Positions 38,801-50,779 of a stretch of DNA of 64,000 nucleotides are shown here, piece by piece (the stretch's first letter is position 1; every line of letters starts with the position of its first letter). The notes beneath the pieces were generated by a model, which worked only from the letters and a program-made list of their open reading frames with translations, did no database searches and had not been told where the DNA came from. The DNA lies in the NCBI RefSeq assembly GCF_008831285.2, contig NC_045138.2, positions 41,726,001 through 41,790,000 on the forward strand, written 5' to 3'. This stretch comes from Nymphaea colorata (lineage: Eukaryota). A program made the position numbers and the translations under genes.

Positions 38801-41800
38801 TAAGATTTTGAAAGATCAAAAGACCAAAAAAAGAAAAGGAAATTTTGTGGTCCTTGATGGAGCAATGGGATATCTTATCTAATTTTGGGTATCAGTTCAC
38901 AAGTGCATAATGGAACTTCGACTTTTAGCCTGCGACAACATTTTACCATTTTCCCAGCCAATGCACATATGTCCTTAAGATTTTTAACGTTCATCAGCGC
39001 ATTTTTTGGGTTGCTGACAAAGGGTCATGAAAGGGGTCTTAAATTATTTAGTAATAATGAGACTAGTTGTGACTATATGCTCTTTATTTGCATTTTCTTG
39101 CTGAAGTTCAAATTGCATTTAAAACTTCACAAATCTGAAATCATGGATGCTTGCTTTATAAACGTAATTACTTGATCAAGCCTTTGATTGTGAGACCACA
39201 TCTCTTGATCCAGAGGAGGAACTTATTTATTTTGTCTTATCCTGCTTTTCCATGAATAATTCATAGGTTGATACCAGTAAATATTGGTTTCTGTCTCGAA
39301 CTCAAAATTTGAACGATATGATATGACAGATAAATATTGGTCCTCTTATGAAAGGTGTGATTGCTGACTATGTGGATAAACACTCTTGTTATGACAACAA
39401 AGTTGTATGAACTGTTGATGAATGTCTTCGGATCTTGAATCAACTGTTTCAACCACACAATTTCCTTTGTACTATTGTCATAGCTCTATATTCAACCTCA
39501 GTTAAGGATAAAGATACTTTCTGTTGTCTCTTACATCTCAACAATATCAGTTAATTACCTGAAAAAGACACAGAAACTGATGGTGGAGTAATTACTATTT
39601 GGGTCACCTGCCCAATCAAAGTCAGTATAAATACAAAGAAGAGGATGAATGACTAGAATAATCTTATTGATAAAATTCCTTTAACATATCTAAATATATG
39701 CATCATAACACTCGTGTGAATAGACGTGGGGTTGTGATAGCCACCTTCTATCAAATTACTGCTACTAACTCACGCACACACCAAACTGGGGCAACAACAA
39801 ACCCAATTACTTCATTAATCAAAAGCCATCAAAACCAAGATTGGAGACGGCCTTATATAGCAGGCTGATGAAGGATCTCATACCTATCAGACCTAACCTG
39901 ATCCATTTATTTCAGTTCTACTATTTGGGTATTTACAATTAAGGTAGAAAGTCTGGAAATCTCTACTGCAGTTCAATTGCTTCTTCCCAGGTGGGTGTCT
40001 GTCCTTGGAGCCCTTGCCATTCTGCCAGCCACTGTGTAGTGGAGATTCCTTTCTTTTTTATTGATCTCTTTTTTAACACCCTGCAATGTAGCAGCGTCTC
40101 AGTTGTTTGCTGTGGTAAGGTTTGTAATTCAGCAGGGGGCAGGCTGTTAGGGTAGCAAGGCTTGAGCCTTGACACATGGAACACCGGATGTACGGCTGTG
40201 TCAGCTAGTAGTTGCAATATGCCGCTCTACCTGTCTTCTCTGTAATCTGAAAAGGGCCTGAATATATAGGTGCTAGCTTCCCTGCATTATCAGTTCTTGG
40301 AGCTCATGCAGTCTTAATGTTCTTGAGATAAACCCATTCTCCCACAGTATAATGTTTGTCCCTGTGATGGCGGTTTTTCTGCTGGCCATTCTGTTTTGAG
40401 CCGCTGCCAGGCCCTTCTTTAATGATCTTCAGCACCTGATCCCTAGTTACCAGCTGTATTTCCACCTCATCCATGTGTTCAGTAGTATATTGCAATCTAC
40501 AAACATCAGGTGGAGGTTGCCCATAGATGATTTCGAAGGGAGATGTCTTGGTGGCTGAATGATATGCTGTGTTGTAAGCATATTCAACCCAAGACAAGAA
40601 GTCTGTCCAATTACGTGGTTTCCTTTCTGCGTAGCAGCGTAGATAGGTTTCTAAAACCCTGTTAACAACTTCAGTTTGGCCATCCGTTTGTGGACGGTAA
40701 ACTGTGCTCATGTTTAGAGCAGTCCCTTGCAATTTGAAGAAATTTTGCCAAAAATTACTCAATAATAAAGAATAGTGGTCACTTGCTATTGACCTGGGCA
40801 TACCGTGCAGCTTCTCTATGTGATCTTGAAAGGCTTTAGCTACTTCCTTGGCTTAGAATGAGTGAGCTAAGGCCACGAAATGGGCATACTTTGAAAATCT
40901 GTCCACTACTACGAATATGACAGATTTTCCCTTTGCTTTTGGAAGGCCTTCCAATGAAATCCATTGATATGTCCTCCCACACACGTTCCTGAATTGGAAG
41001 GGGTCTGATACCAGTTTGATGGCTGCCAGCTATCAAATTAGTGCTGCTAACTCACGCACACACCAAATTAGGGCAACAACAACCCCAAGGCCCAAGTACT
41101 TCACTAATCAAAAGCCATCAAAAACAAGATTTGAGACAGCCTTATATAGTAGGCTGATACAGGGTCTCAAACCTATCAGACCTGACCTGATCCATTTATT
41201 TCAATCCTACTATTTGCGTATTTACAATTAGGCACACGAAAAGAGCCCTAAATCGTATCAGATTGTCTTGAAACTGCCTGGCAAAATCAACAGCATATGC
41301 AATATGTGATCAGGTTATGCTTAGGTACATGTGTTTCCACCAATTGTCTATAGGGAGTAGGATTCTCCAGAGGCACACCATCTTCAACCTTCATGTTTGA
41401 ACAAACAGCTTTAAGGGTTTCAGCTTCCTTACCATTTCTTAAACAAACAATATCTACCAAAAATATCTGAAACAAATTTGCTTTGAACCAAAAAATACCC
41501 TTTAGCAAGATACGCAACTTTTACTCCAAGAAAATTGTTACGAGAGAGAGAGAGAGGCAGCAAAAAGTTATCTTGCATTACGTGACCCTAATCTCTATTA
41601 AGAGATTAGGGTTAGGGAAAATTACAAGAGAAGTCCACTAAAAGTAACAAAACATTTAAAGAGACCTTCCCTAACTTCCTAATATTTCAGAAAACCCCTT
41701 TTTTGTATCTTTAACACTCCCCCTCAAGCTGGAGCATATATGTCAATCATGCTCAGCTTGTTACAACATCTCAGGAAATCGCCTATGGGAAGAGCTTTAG

Positions 41801-44800
41801 TGAGAATATCTGCTGCCTGATCTTTTGAGGAGACATGAATAGTGCTAACAATTCCTCCTTGAACTAAGTCCCGAATATAGTGGCAATCCACTTCAATGTG
41901 TTTAGTCCGCTCATGGAAGACAGGATTGTTAGCGATATATGTAGCTGCCTTGTTGTCACAATACATCTTCATTGGGAGATTCACTGAGACATCCAACTCT
42001 ACAAGTAGTGATCTAACCCACGACATTTCAGCCACAGTTTGAGCCATAGCCCTATATTCTGACTCAGCACTAGAACGAGCCACAACATTCTGCTTCTTGC
42101 TCCTCCAGGAAATAAGATTACCGCCCACAAAGACACAAAACCCGGTAGTAGACTTCCTATCATCTACAGATCCAGCATAATCAGCATCACTATACGCCTC
42201 GATGTCAACACATTCTCCTTTCTTGAACCATAGCCCCTTTCCCGGGGCTGATTTCAAGTATCTTACAATCATTAGAGCTGCATCCCAGTGAACTTTTCGG
42301 GGTTTTTCCATGAATTGGCTCAACTTATTCACAGCAAAGCTAATGTCGGGACGAGTGACAGTCAAATATAACAGTTTCCCTATCAGAGATCTGTAAGATC
42401 TAGAGTCAAACGGCTCTGAGTCATCATCATGTATATGAATGCGAGGATTCATGGGAAGTGTGGCAGGTTTAGCCCCCAATAGTCCTGTTTCCTGTAGAAG
42501 ATCAAGAGCATATTTCCTTTGAGACACTACAACTCCTTTATTACTACGAGCCACCTCAATACCAAGAAAATAACGAAGTTGTCCAAGGTCTTTCGTAACA
42601 AAGTGTTGCTGTAAAAACTCCTTTGTTTGAGCTATCTCTTGATCATTTTCCCCTGTAAGAACAATATCATCCACGCAGACAATCAATATCACAAGTCCTG
42701 CTGAGCCTCGCTTGATAAACAATGAGTGATCAAGTTGGGATCGGCTAAATCCACACTTAGATAACACTTCAGTAAGCTTTTGGAACCATGCACGGGGACT
42801 CTGTTTGAGTCCATAAATAGCCTTCTTTAACTTGCATACCTTGGAACACTCCCCTTGTCGCTCAAAACCAGGTGGTTGCTGCATATAAACAATTTCAGAA
42901 AGGTCTCTATACAGAAAGGCATTTTTGACATCCAATTGAAAAAGAGGCCACTCTCGTTGGACAGCAAGAGAGATAATCAAGCGAATAGTGCCCAACCGGG
43001 CCACAGGCGAAAAGGTCTCAAAGAAGTCAACACCATAAGTCTGAGTATAACCTTTTGCGACAAGACGGGCCTTGAACCTTTCAACTGACCCATCAGAATG
43101 ATACTTGATGGTGAATACCCATCGTGAGCCAACCACATCACAGCGTGTTGGGGGGTCTACCAAATCCCAAGTCTCCCGAGAAAGAAGAGCATCCATTTCC
43201 TCCTGCATAGCTTGTCGCCAACGTGGATCTAACAGGGCGTGATGGTGCGAGGACGGGATAACATGACTAGATAAAACTTGATCAAACTGTACTAAGTGTG
43301 TACTCAGATGAGCAGTAGAGACAGAATTAGATATAGGATGTAGGGTACACTGTCGCTTGCCCTTGCGAATAGCAATAGGGAGATCTGCTGCAGAATAGTC
43401 ATCACTTAAACCTGAGTCAGTCTTATCAGTAAAGCTTACCTCTTGAGACGATGCTGGTGGACGGTTGAGAGAGGGACCTAGACGACGAGTGTAAACCAAC
43501 GGAGGCTCAAGAAAACGTTCATGTGACCTAGGTTGAGATGATGGAAATGACTCAAGTGACACTGGTGGAATAGGAAGAGGTATAGGTGCATGCATCTCAG
43601 ATGAAGAGGGACTTGACGGAGGGAAATAAGGACGAGACTCAAAGAAGGTAACATCCGCACTGATAATGTCTTTCTTGGTCACGGGATCAAAGCATTTGTA
43701 TCCCTTTTGATTAGCTGAATAGCCAATAAAGATACATTTGATAGCTTGGGCAGCCAGTTTGCTTTTGTTCGGGCCTAGGATATGTGCGAAGCAAGTGCAT
43801 CCAAAAACTTTGGGAGGTAAATGAAATAATGAACGCCCTGGATATAGAATTTGAATTGGAATACGGTCTTGAATGGAGGAAGAGGGTAATCTATTAATGA
43901 GGTAACACGCAGTAAGGATAGCATCACCCCAAAAATAGGCAGGCATGTGAGAATGTAACATGAGGGTACGAGCTACGTTTAGGAGTTGCCGATGTTTGCG
44001 TTCGGCTACACCATTCTGTTGGGACGTATGTGGACAAGTATATTGAGGTCGAATTCCATGGTCGGCATAAAACTGAAGTAGAATGGAAGACTTGAATTCA
44101 AGAGCATTATCAGTGCGAATATTTTTGACAATAAATTCAAACTGAGTTTTTATTTCCTTGATAAATTTTTGAAGAATACATATGACTTCAGATCTTTCCC
44201 TTAACAAGAAAACCCAACTGACTCTAGTAAAATCATCAACTAGAACAAGATAATATCGAAAACATGATCGAAAAGAAACCCGACTAGGACCCCATACATC
44301 CACATGAATGAGATCAAAAGGACTCTGACTCGATGGACTCTGACTCGAAGGAAAGCTGCTCCGTGTATGCTTGCCCAACTAGCAGGCATCACATAAGAAG
44401 GACTCTGATGCAGGAATGTCTGGAAACATGCGACGAAGTTTTGGTACGGAAGGATGACCCAATCTGAGATGCCATTGGAAGGGAGAAGGCTTGGAAGGGA
44501 CTGAAGATGCAGCAACATCAACTGGGATTGACAAAAAATAAAGGCCCTCACGCTCATGGCCGCCACCAATCATCTTCCCAGTTGGTAAGTCCTGAAAAGA
44601 ACAAGAGTCAGATTCAAAAATGACTTTACATTGTAAGTCGATAGCTAGCTGCTTCACAGATATCAAATTAACAGGAAACTGAGGTGCATATAGCACATGT
44701 GTAATAGTGCCTAAATGTGGAAGATAAATATCACCGCTACCCAAAACAGGGGACAACTTGCCATCAGCCAGCTTAACATACTGTGGTGTAGAAAATCTGA

Positions 44801-47800
44801 CAAATGATGAAAAATTTTGTGGTTGATTACAACAATGTCTAGAAGCGCCTGAGTCTATCATCCATGTCATACCTGGATCAGCAGTAGGAGCACCAACAGA
44901 GAATGCTGAATCTACAACAGCAGCATTGGTAGATGTAGAGGCAGATGTAGAGCCAGACCTCTGAGCAAGAACACGATCATATTCATCCTTACTTAGGTTA
45001 AGAGAATATGACATAGATATAGAAGGATCAGTAGAAGACTCAACCATAGATATTGTTGCCTTTGAATGAGTTGCCTGGGATGAAGAAGGACCTCTGCTTG
45101 TGGTGATTCTACCTCCACCACGTCCAGAGGAAACATTAGACCTGAGGTGAGGATGTTTGTCCCAACAACGGTCCTCTAGATGACCAATTTTGCCACAATA
45201 AGAGCACTGAAATCTGCCACGTCCAGCACCACGGCCTGTACCACGCCCCCTAGTGCCTCCAAAAGAACTAGGGCCCCGTCCTCCTGATATTACAAGTGCA
45301 GAGACTGGTATGTCATGCATAGTCTGAGAAAGAGTGGCTGCAAAGCGACTCAGCCTATTATACGTGTCTGCTAAATCTGGAAGTTCACTGCCTGTTAGAA
45401 TTTGAGACTTTGCCACAGAGTATTCTGAAGATAGGCCAGATAAGAACTTTGCCACCATACCAGTCTCAACGTGTGATGCATAACAATGCTGGCAAGGTGG
45501 GCGAAGAGCCTTTAACCGTTCATATGCAGCAGTCAAAGTAGCAAAATATTGAGATAGGTCCTGATCCCCTTGTCGAATGTTGCATAACTCCTCTTCTAGT
45601 TGTAGGATCTTGATTACATTAGTGGCATGCGAGTATGTCTTTCTCAAGAAAGACCACATATCCTTGGCCTTGGTATAATATGCAATAGTTGGGGCTATAT
45701 GAGACTCCACACTATTCATAATCCAAGACATAACAATATAATTATCTTCATCCCACGCAGCATATATTCCTTTTTTCTCAATAGGTTCATCCTCCTCAAG
45801 AATATATTTCTTCCTATGACCAGCCACCGACATTATGAATACCCTAGACCATATTTCATAATTTGAGCCATTAAGTTTCATCGTGGTTCCATAAGAGAAT
45901 GAATTCCCAGCCATCTAGTAGTCAGTAGACCCTTCAGATTTACTGTTTTCAGCCATAGTAAATAAAGAAGACCAGATTGACGCAAACGTTTAAAGAAGGA
46001 GGGCTAGGAAATTACTGTCACTTCAGATCTGATTTAGCCGATGACAAAAACAAGAATGAACTCCCAACGACTGAAGACTGTTGCTCCCAACGACTGAAGA
46101 CTGCTGCCACTTATAACAGCAGCTAGTTCTCATAAAACTTCCTGTCCACGTGTCAAAGAAATCCACGAAATCAAACAAAAACTTGTACTAAGGATCAGCA
46201 ACAGTCCTCACGCAGCCTTTCTTTACTGAATTTGTATCCACGATCTATAGAAAAAATCTGATCATATTCAAAAACCTGAATTTATAAGCAGCACATAGAC
46301 TCCACAAAGCATCCACAACACCTCACGCAGCTTGACTTTACCGAAACTGTATTTACGATCATCACAAACCACAGCGTCACACGTCACGCTGCATCCACAA
46401 TAGTCTCTTCATACGACCAATATGAGGATCTGATCACGCCTTCCACATAGGCGTGATCAGGTCCTCCTTCTCACGGCACGCCCAACCCCTATTCCCTCAC
46501 TGTCTCCTTATTGGGTGATAAGAGGGAATAAGGAGTAGCGGTGACAAGGGAGAGAACGAGAGAAAAAAAAAAAAAAAAAAAAAGGAACGAACTCACTTGG
46601 CTGTTCGTCGGAGAAGATGGTGATCGCCGGAGAAGGTCACCGGAAAGTGCACTCTGCCGTCGACGCCCACACCCGCTCTGATACCATGTTACGAGAGAGA
46701 GAGAGAGGCAGCAAAAAGTTATCTTGCATTACGTGACCCTAATCTCTATTAAGAGATTAGGGTTAGGGAAAATTACAAGAGAAGTCCACTAAAAGTAACA
46801 AAACATTTAAAGAGACCTTCCCTAACTTCCTAATATTTCAGAAAACCCCTTTTTTGTATCTTTAACAAAAATTATGTTAAATATCGAAAACGAAGCATTT
46901 CAAATTATAGTTAGATATCGTTTTTGGCTTTTAAATGGCTAGGTTTTTCACGGTATAATATGACAAGATTGAAAAAAAAAAAAGGAAAATGGCCAACTAA
47001 AAGCAAAATCTTAAAAATAGGGAAGAAACAAACAAGACAACATCAAAAAATAAGTAGATAAGCAACAAATAGAAATTAGAAAATGGAAATAAGCAATCTG
47101 AAATTTAAAAGCACAAAAAATGCATAAAAAAAAAGAGAAAAACAAAAAAAATGTGTTTTTTCGTTTTGGTGTTTTTTGGCTTTTTTTTTTTTTGATGACT
47201 TATTTTTCATGTCTTGACTATGTTTTTTCAAAAAAAAAAAAACATTTTTTGTGACTATGTTTCAAAACAATTATTTAAGAAGTTTTTGATCTCTTTAACT
47301 CCCTTACTAGATAGCTATTGTTATTATGTCATCTACATATAGCAGAAGGATTAGAATTCTTGCATCAAAATTCTTGGCAAAAAGGGTAGTGCTAGAGCAT
47401 CAGGATTGAAAATCATGATTTATTGTTGCGCTACTAAGTCTATTAAGTCATTTTTTTAGTGCTAGCTTTAACCCCTAAAGAGGTTTTCTCAGATCAAATA
47501 CTTTCTCAATATGAATCTTCATTCAAGGAGTTTTCTTATAAGCTTCTTCATTTAATTACCATTTAAGAGAGCAATTTTAACATCCATTTGTAGATTTTCC
47601 ATTCTTTTGCAGCAGCCATAACAATAACAGTTCTAACTATAGTCATCCTAACAGTAAAATGTCTTTGCTTGCTCAAGCTATCGATTAGAAGCCACTAAAA
47701 CTTGTTCAATGGTGAAGGAATAGCCCCAAAACTATAAAAGTGGGATTCTAACAACATGAAATAGGTTCGAACCTTTTCTTAATATTGTCAAATATAACCA

Positions 47801-49261
47801 CATCTACATAAGTTGATTGGGTGGAATATTTCCATAGAGATCGTATACCTCGGGATCAATATATGTTGTGGAAACTTGGCAACATGGGAAGGTGCAAAAG
47901 TAAAATGTCTTTGCATGCTCAATTGCTGTCCATTAGAAACTACTCAAACTTGTTCAGTGGTGAAGGAATACCCCAAAATTATGGAAGTGGGATTCTGATA
48001 ACATGAAATAGGTGTGAACCCTTTCCTAAGGTGGAAGAACTCATTAAAAATTTAAAACATTTCCATCTGGAGGAATTAGAAGAGGAAAAGCTGTTTCCAT
48101 CTCTCCTTATTCTCGACCAGATAAGGATGATTGCCAGATAAATAGATACAGCAATCGCAGCTGGGAGAAGGAAGCAAAAGGAATAAATAGTGTCCCCAAT
48201 TCGATCCAAACAAACATTAAAAAATACATGAGACATTCAAAGTGGCAAAGGGAGTTTCCTGAGTGACAACCCCAGATAAGAGACAGCAAAACGGCATAAC
48301 AACTGAACTCTGCAGGGATGACGTTTCTTCCTCCAGAAGCATCAGGCAGAAAAAGAGGAGCCAAGAAAGTACATAATTTGAAAGATGAGTAGGCAGTAGA
48401 TCAGGTGCTTACCTGCACGCGCTTGGGGCTTCGGATCTCAAACTTGGCATTCGTACTCAAGGAAGTGGTAGCCAACGGTCCCGAGAGCTGAACAGAATTT
48501 TCTACCATGAAGTTGGCCGAGTCGATCGTCTGCGATATCTTCTCCACCTTCACCAGCGGCACTGTTCCGGCAGCTAGAAGAGGAAACAACTCGGAGAAGG
48601 AAGTGTAACTACCAACGGACAAGAAAGCAAACCCACGAATCAACTCACCACATTCAGCCAGTCAATTCCTCGACAAAGTGACAAACTAAAGCGGGAAAAC
48701 GTAGATATGGAAAGAGCGAGAGAGTGAAGAGGGAAAAGGACGAATAAATAAAATTTACTGGCAGTGGGGTAGTTCTTACGCGAGAATCCACTTGCCGTCG
48801 AGGAGCGTGAGGGTTTCGGTGGGAGCGACCGTGGGGTTCTTGGCCTCCAACTGGGTGATGAGCTCTACGATCTCCCCCCTGGTCTCGCTGCTCGCCTTTA
48901 GCCCCAGTTCCGTTCCGTAGAAGGAGTCTACGAGTGCGCGCTTCAGCTGCGCGACTTCGCTCGGCTCCAAACCCTTCTCCTCCACCGCAGTCGGTGCGGC
49001 GCCTTCCGACGAAGACAAGGCCCAGACAGCTCTCTTCTCCTTGCGCTGCTGCCGCTTCTTATCCAGCGGATGCACGTTCCCAGAAGAGCCAGAGGAAGAA
49101 TACAAGGAGACCGTGGCGATGGAGGGGCGGAACCCCATGAAGTTCGTCGTCGCTACCGAGGATCGGGGTCGACTCGCGGCTGGAGCTGCGATGGCGATGG
49201 GACTTGTGAAGAGGGAGCGGATGGAAGAAGAAAGCGAGCCGGCTAGGTGGCTTCCCGCCAT
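35882..49261 (-). CDS. FBN1: Plastid lipid-associated protein / fibrillin (FBN1 type), 329 aa with predicted transit peptide. Exons 49261-48780, 48608-48413, 36193-35882
   Basis: GT/AG-bounded exons of 482+196+312 = 990 nt in frame. Motifs [64 protein letters not shown] and [18 protein letters not shown]. Ser/Ala-rich N-terminus. Confidence 0.94.
39290..41530 (-). mobile_element. Old copia RT-RNase H remnant, split by later insertions
   Basis: PTPYRQLV (~41340-41365), DFDWAGDP (~39600-39625), EVEYRAM and WLKQLIQD (~39430-39500). The reading continues just beyond the young copia (~46873-46885). Confidence 0.75.
39735..41230 (-). mobile_element. Internally deleted Ty3/gypsy chromovirus: LTR-PBS-integrase-chromodomain-LTR
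   Basis: Diverged ~200-bp direct repeats at 39735-39937 and 41017-41226. PBS TGGTATCAGA at 41004-41013. Motifs [47 protein letters not shown] and chromodomain-like [12 protein letters not shown]. Confidence 0.87.
41536..46867 (-). mobile_element. Very young full-length Ty1/copia LTR retrotransposon (short LTRs, Ale/Ivana-like) in fibrillin intron 2, same strand as the host gene
   Basis: 181-bp LTRs at 41536-41716 and 46687-46867, identical by eye. TSD AAAAT at 41531-41535 and 46868-46872. PBS at 46675-46686; PPT AGGGGGAG at 41717-41724. Confidence 0.98.
41724..45914 (-). CDS. copia gag-pol polyprotein, interrupted by a single in-frame TAG at 44379-44381
   Basis: The 511-aa and 884-aa ORFs are in the same frame. 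Zinc knuckle [14 protein letters not shown], protease DSGAS, HHCC, integrase DDE core, RT CVDD (YVDD in the sister copy), RNase H DADYAG..DNKAA..ADILTK. Confidence 0.93.
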
Positions 49262-49844
49262 GCCGTTACTACAGAGACTTCCCACCGGCCGATCGGCGAG
49301 ATACTTGTCGCTTCTCCTCGGGCAACCAGGAAACTGGAGACAACAGGTGACGCAAGACTTTCAAAGGATACCAATCTCGTACGGGTTTTATTGATCAAAC
49401 AAGTTTCCTTGTGAATATTAAATCATGCGTTGGTATATTTTCGGCCACAAGAAAACTCATTAGAACTACTGTTTGTTTTCTTTTTCAAAAATATTGTGAA
49501 ACGGTTTTTGCGAATTCTTTTTCCACACGTTCTATCGAATTTGGACGAGCCCTAGCTTCAGCCTACTTCAAACTTATATGGATCGAGCTCGAATTGAATT
49601 TGTATGAGTCGAGCTCAAATTATTCGACTCATTGAACAGCATGGAGTATCAATGTGGTCAGAATTGGTTCACGCAAAAATCCAATTGAAAGGTAAATTGT
49701 TTGTGAATTGAACTTATTGAACTATATTTCCTAATAAAAACTAAAAAAGGAAAAAATTTAGTAAGAACTCAAGCAAATCCTAAAAGCATATATATTAAAA
49801 GAAAAAAATGGACTGTTCAATTATTCAATAGATAAAAAACACTT

Positions 49845-50150
49845 CTTTCAAATAAACATATGACCTGCGGTGTGCCTTTCTTTCCGTCCTACCCTTCCTT
49901 ACACTGAACCCACGACAAAAAACATAACAATTGTAGAAGTTGTATGCTACGTCCTCCGTCTTAAACTCCATTCCTACAACAAGAAACTCCAATCCTACAA
50001 CAGAAGCACATTCTTCAGGACCCTCCGCCTCGAACTCCATTTATAGAGTAGGAAAATTCATTCCTACAATAGAAGCATGTTCATCTGTATCATCCATCTC
50101 GAACTCCATGCCTACAAAAGGAGAACGTTCTTTGGGATTCTTCATTTTCT
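49845..50150 (-). mobile_element. FAR1/Mutator-like transposase N-terminal fragment
   Basis: VGMEFKTEDVAYNFYNCYVFCRGFSVRKGR is the FAR1 DNA-binding domain start. It is truncated and preceded by short imperfect repeats. Confidence 0.72.
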
Positions 50151-50779
50151 CATAGAATCTCTTGTTTATCATCATCCAATGATTTAGACATTTTAAACAT
50201 TGTGCCATCTACAAAACATTGTGCCGTCTGCAATGCATAAAGTCTATCGATCAAATAACATTTTAACATTATTTTATGAATTATTTATTTTATGCATAAA
50301 TTCCTTCCATCAAATAACATTTAACATTATCTTACCATAAAGTCTATCAGTCAATAACGAACCTTATCTCACATCGTTTAATTATCACTATCTTATGTAC
50401 AACCGTTGTTATCTCTTTCTCTCGATACCATTCCTGCCCTTCTTGGTAGACTCATTGTTATCACATTATTTTGTAACCTTTCCTTTCGTTACGTGATCAC
50501 ATTATTTTGTCTCCATTTACTTATCATCTATTTTGTACATATGTCTTCTCTTATTCCATCGATCAACAATGAAATGAATGGTTAGGAAATAATGAGATAA
50601 ACTGGGATGCATAAACTTATCACCTAAATTTGTTATCTCATGCATTCACTATGCCACAAATTTGTTTATCTCAGGCAAACATGTTACAACTTAACATTAT
50701 CTACCACATGAACTGGGATGTACCCGTTATTTCATCTGTAAGATTCATATGATATCATACCTATTGCGTCAACATTTTC

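Noticed and set aside
44376..44384. Programmed stop-codon read-through between the 511-aa and 884-aa ORFs
   Set aside because: Both sister copies have CAG here, the stop lies inside integrase rather than at the gag/pol border, and the 3' context TTGGGC is not the CARYYA read-through motif.
47685..48030. ~95-bp direct repeat in fibrillin intron 2 (also short duplications at ~13980, ~15956 and ~51181)
   Set aside because: No TG..CA ends, PBS or TSD; ordinary local duplications.
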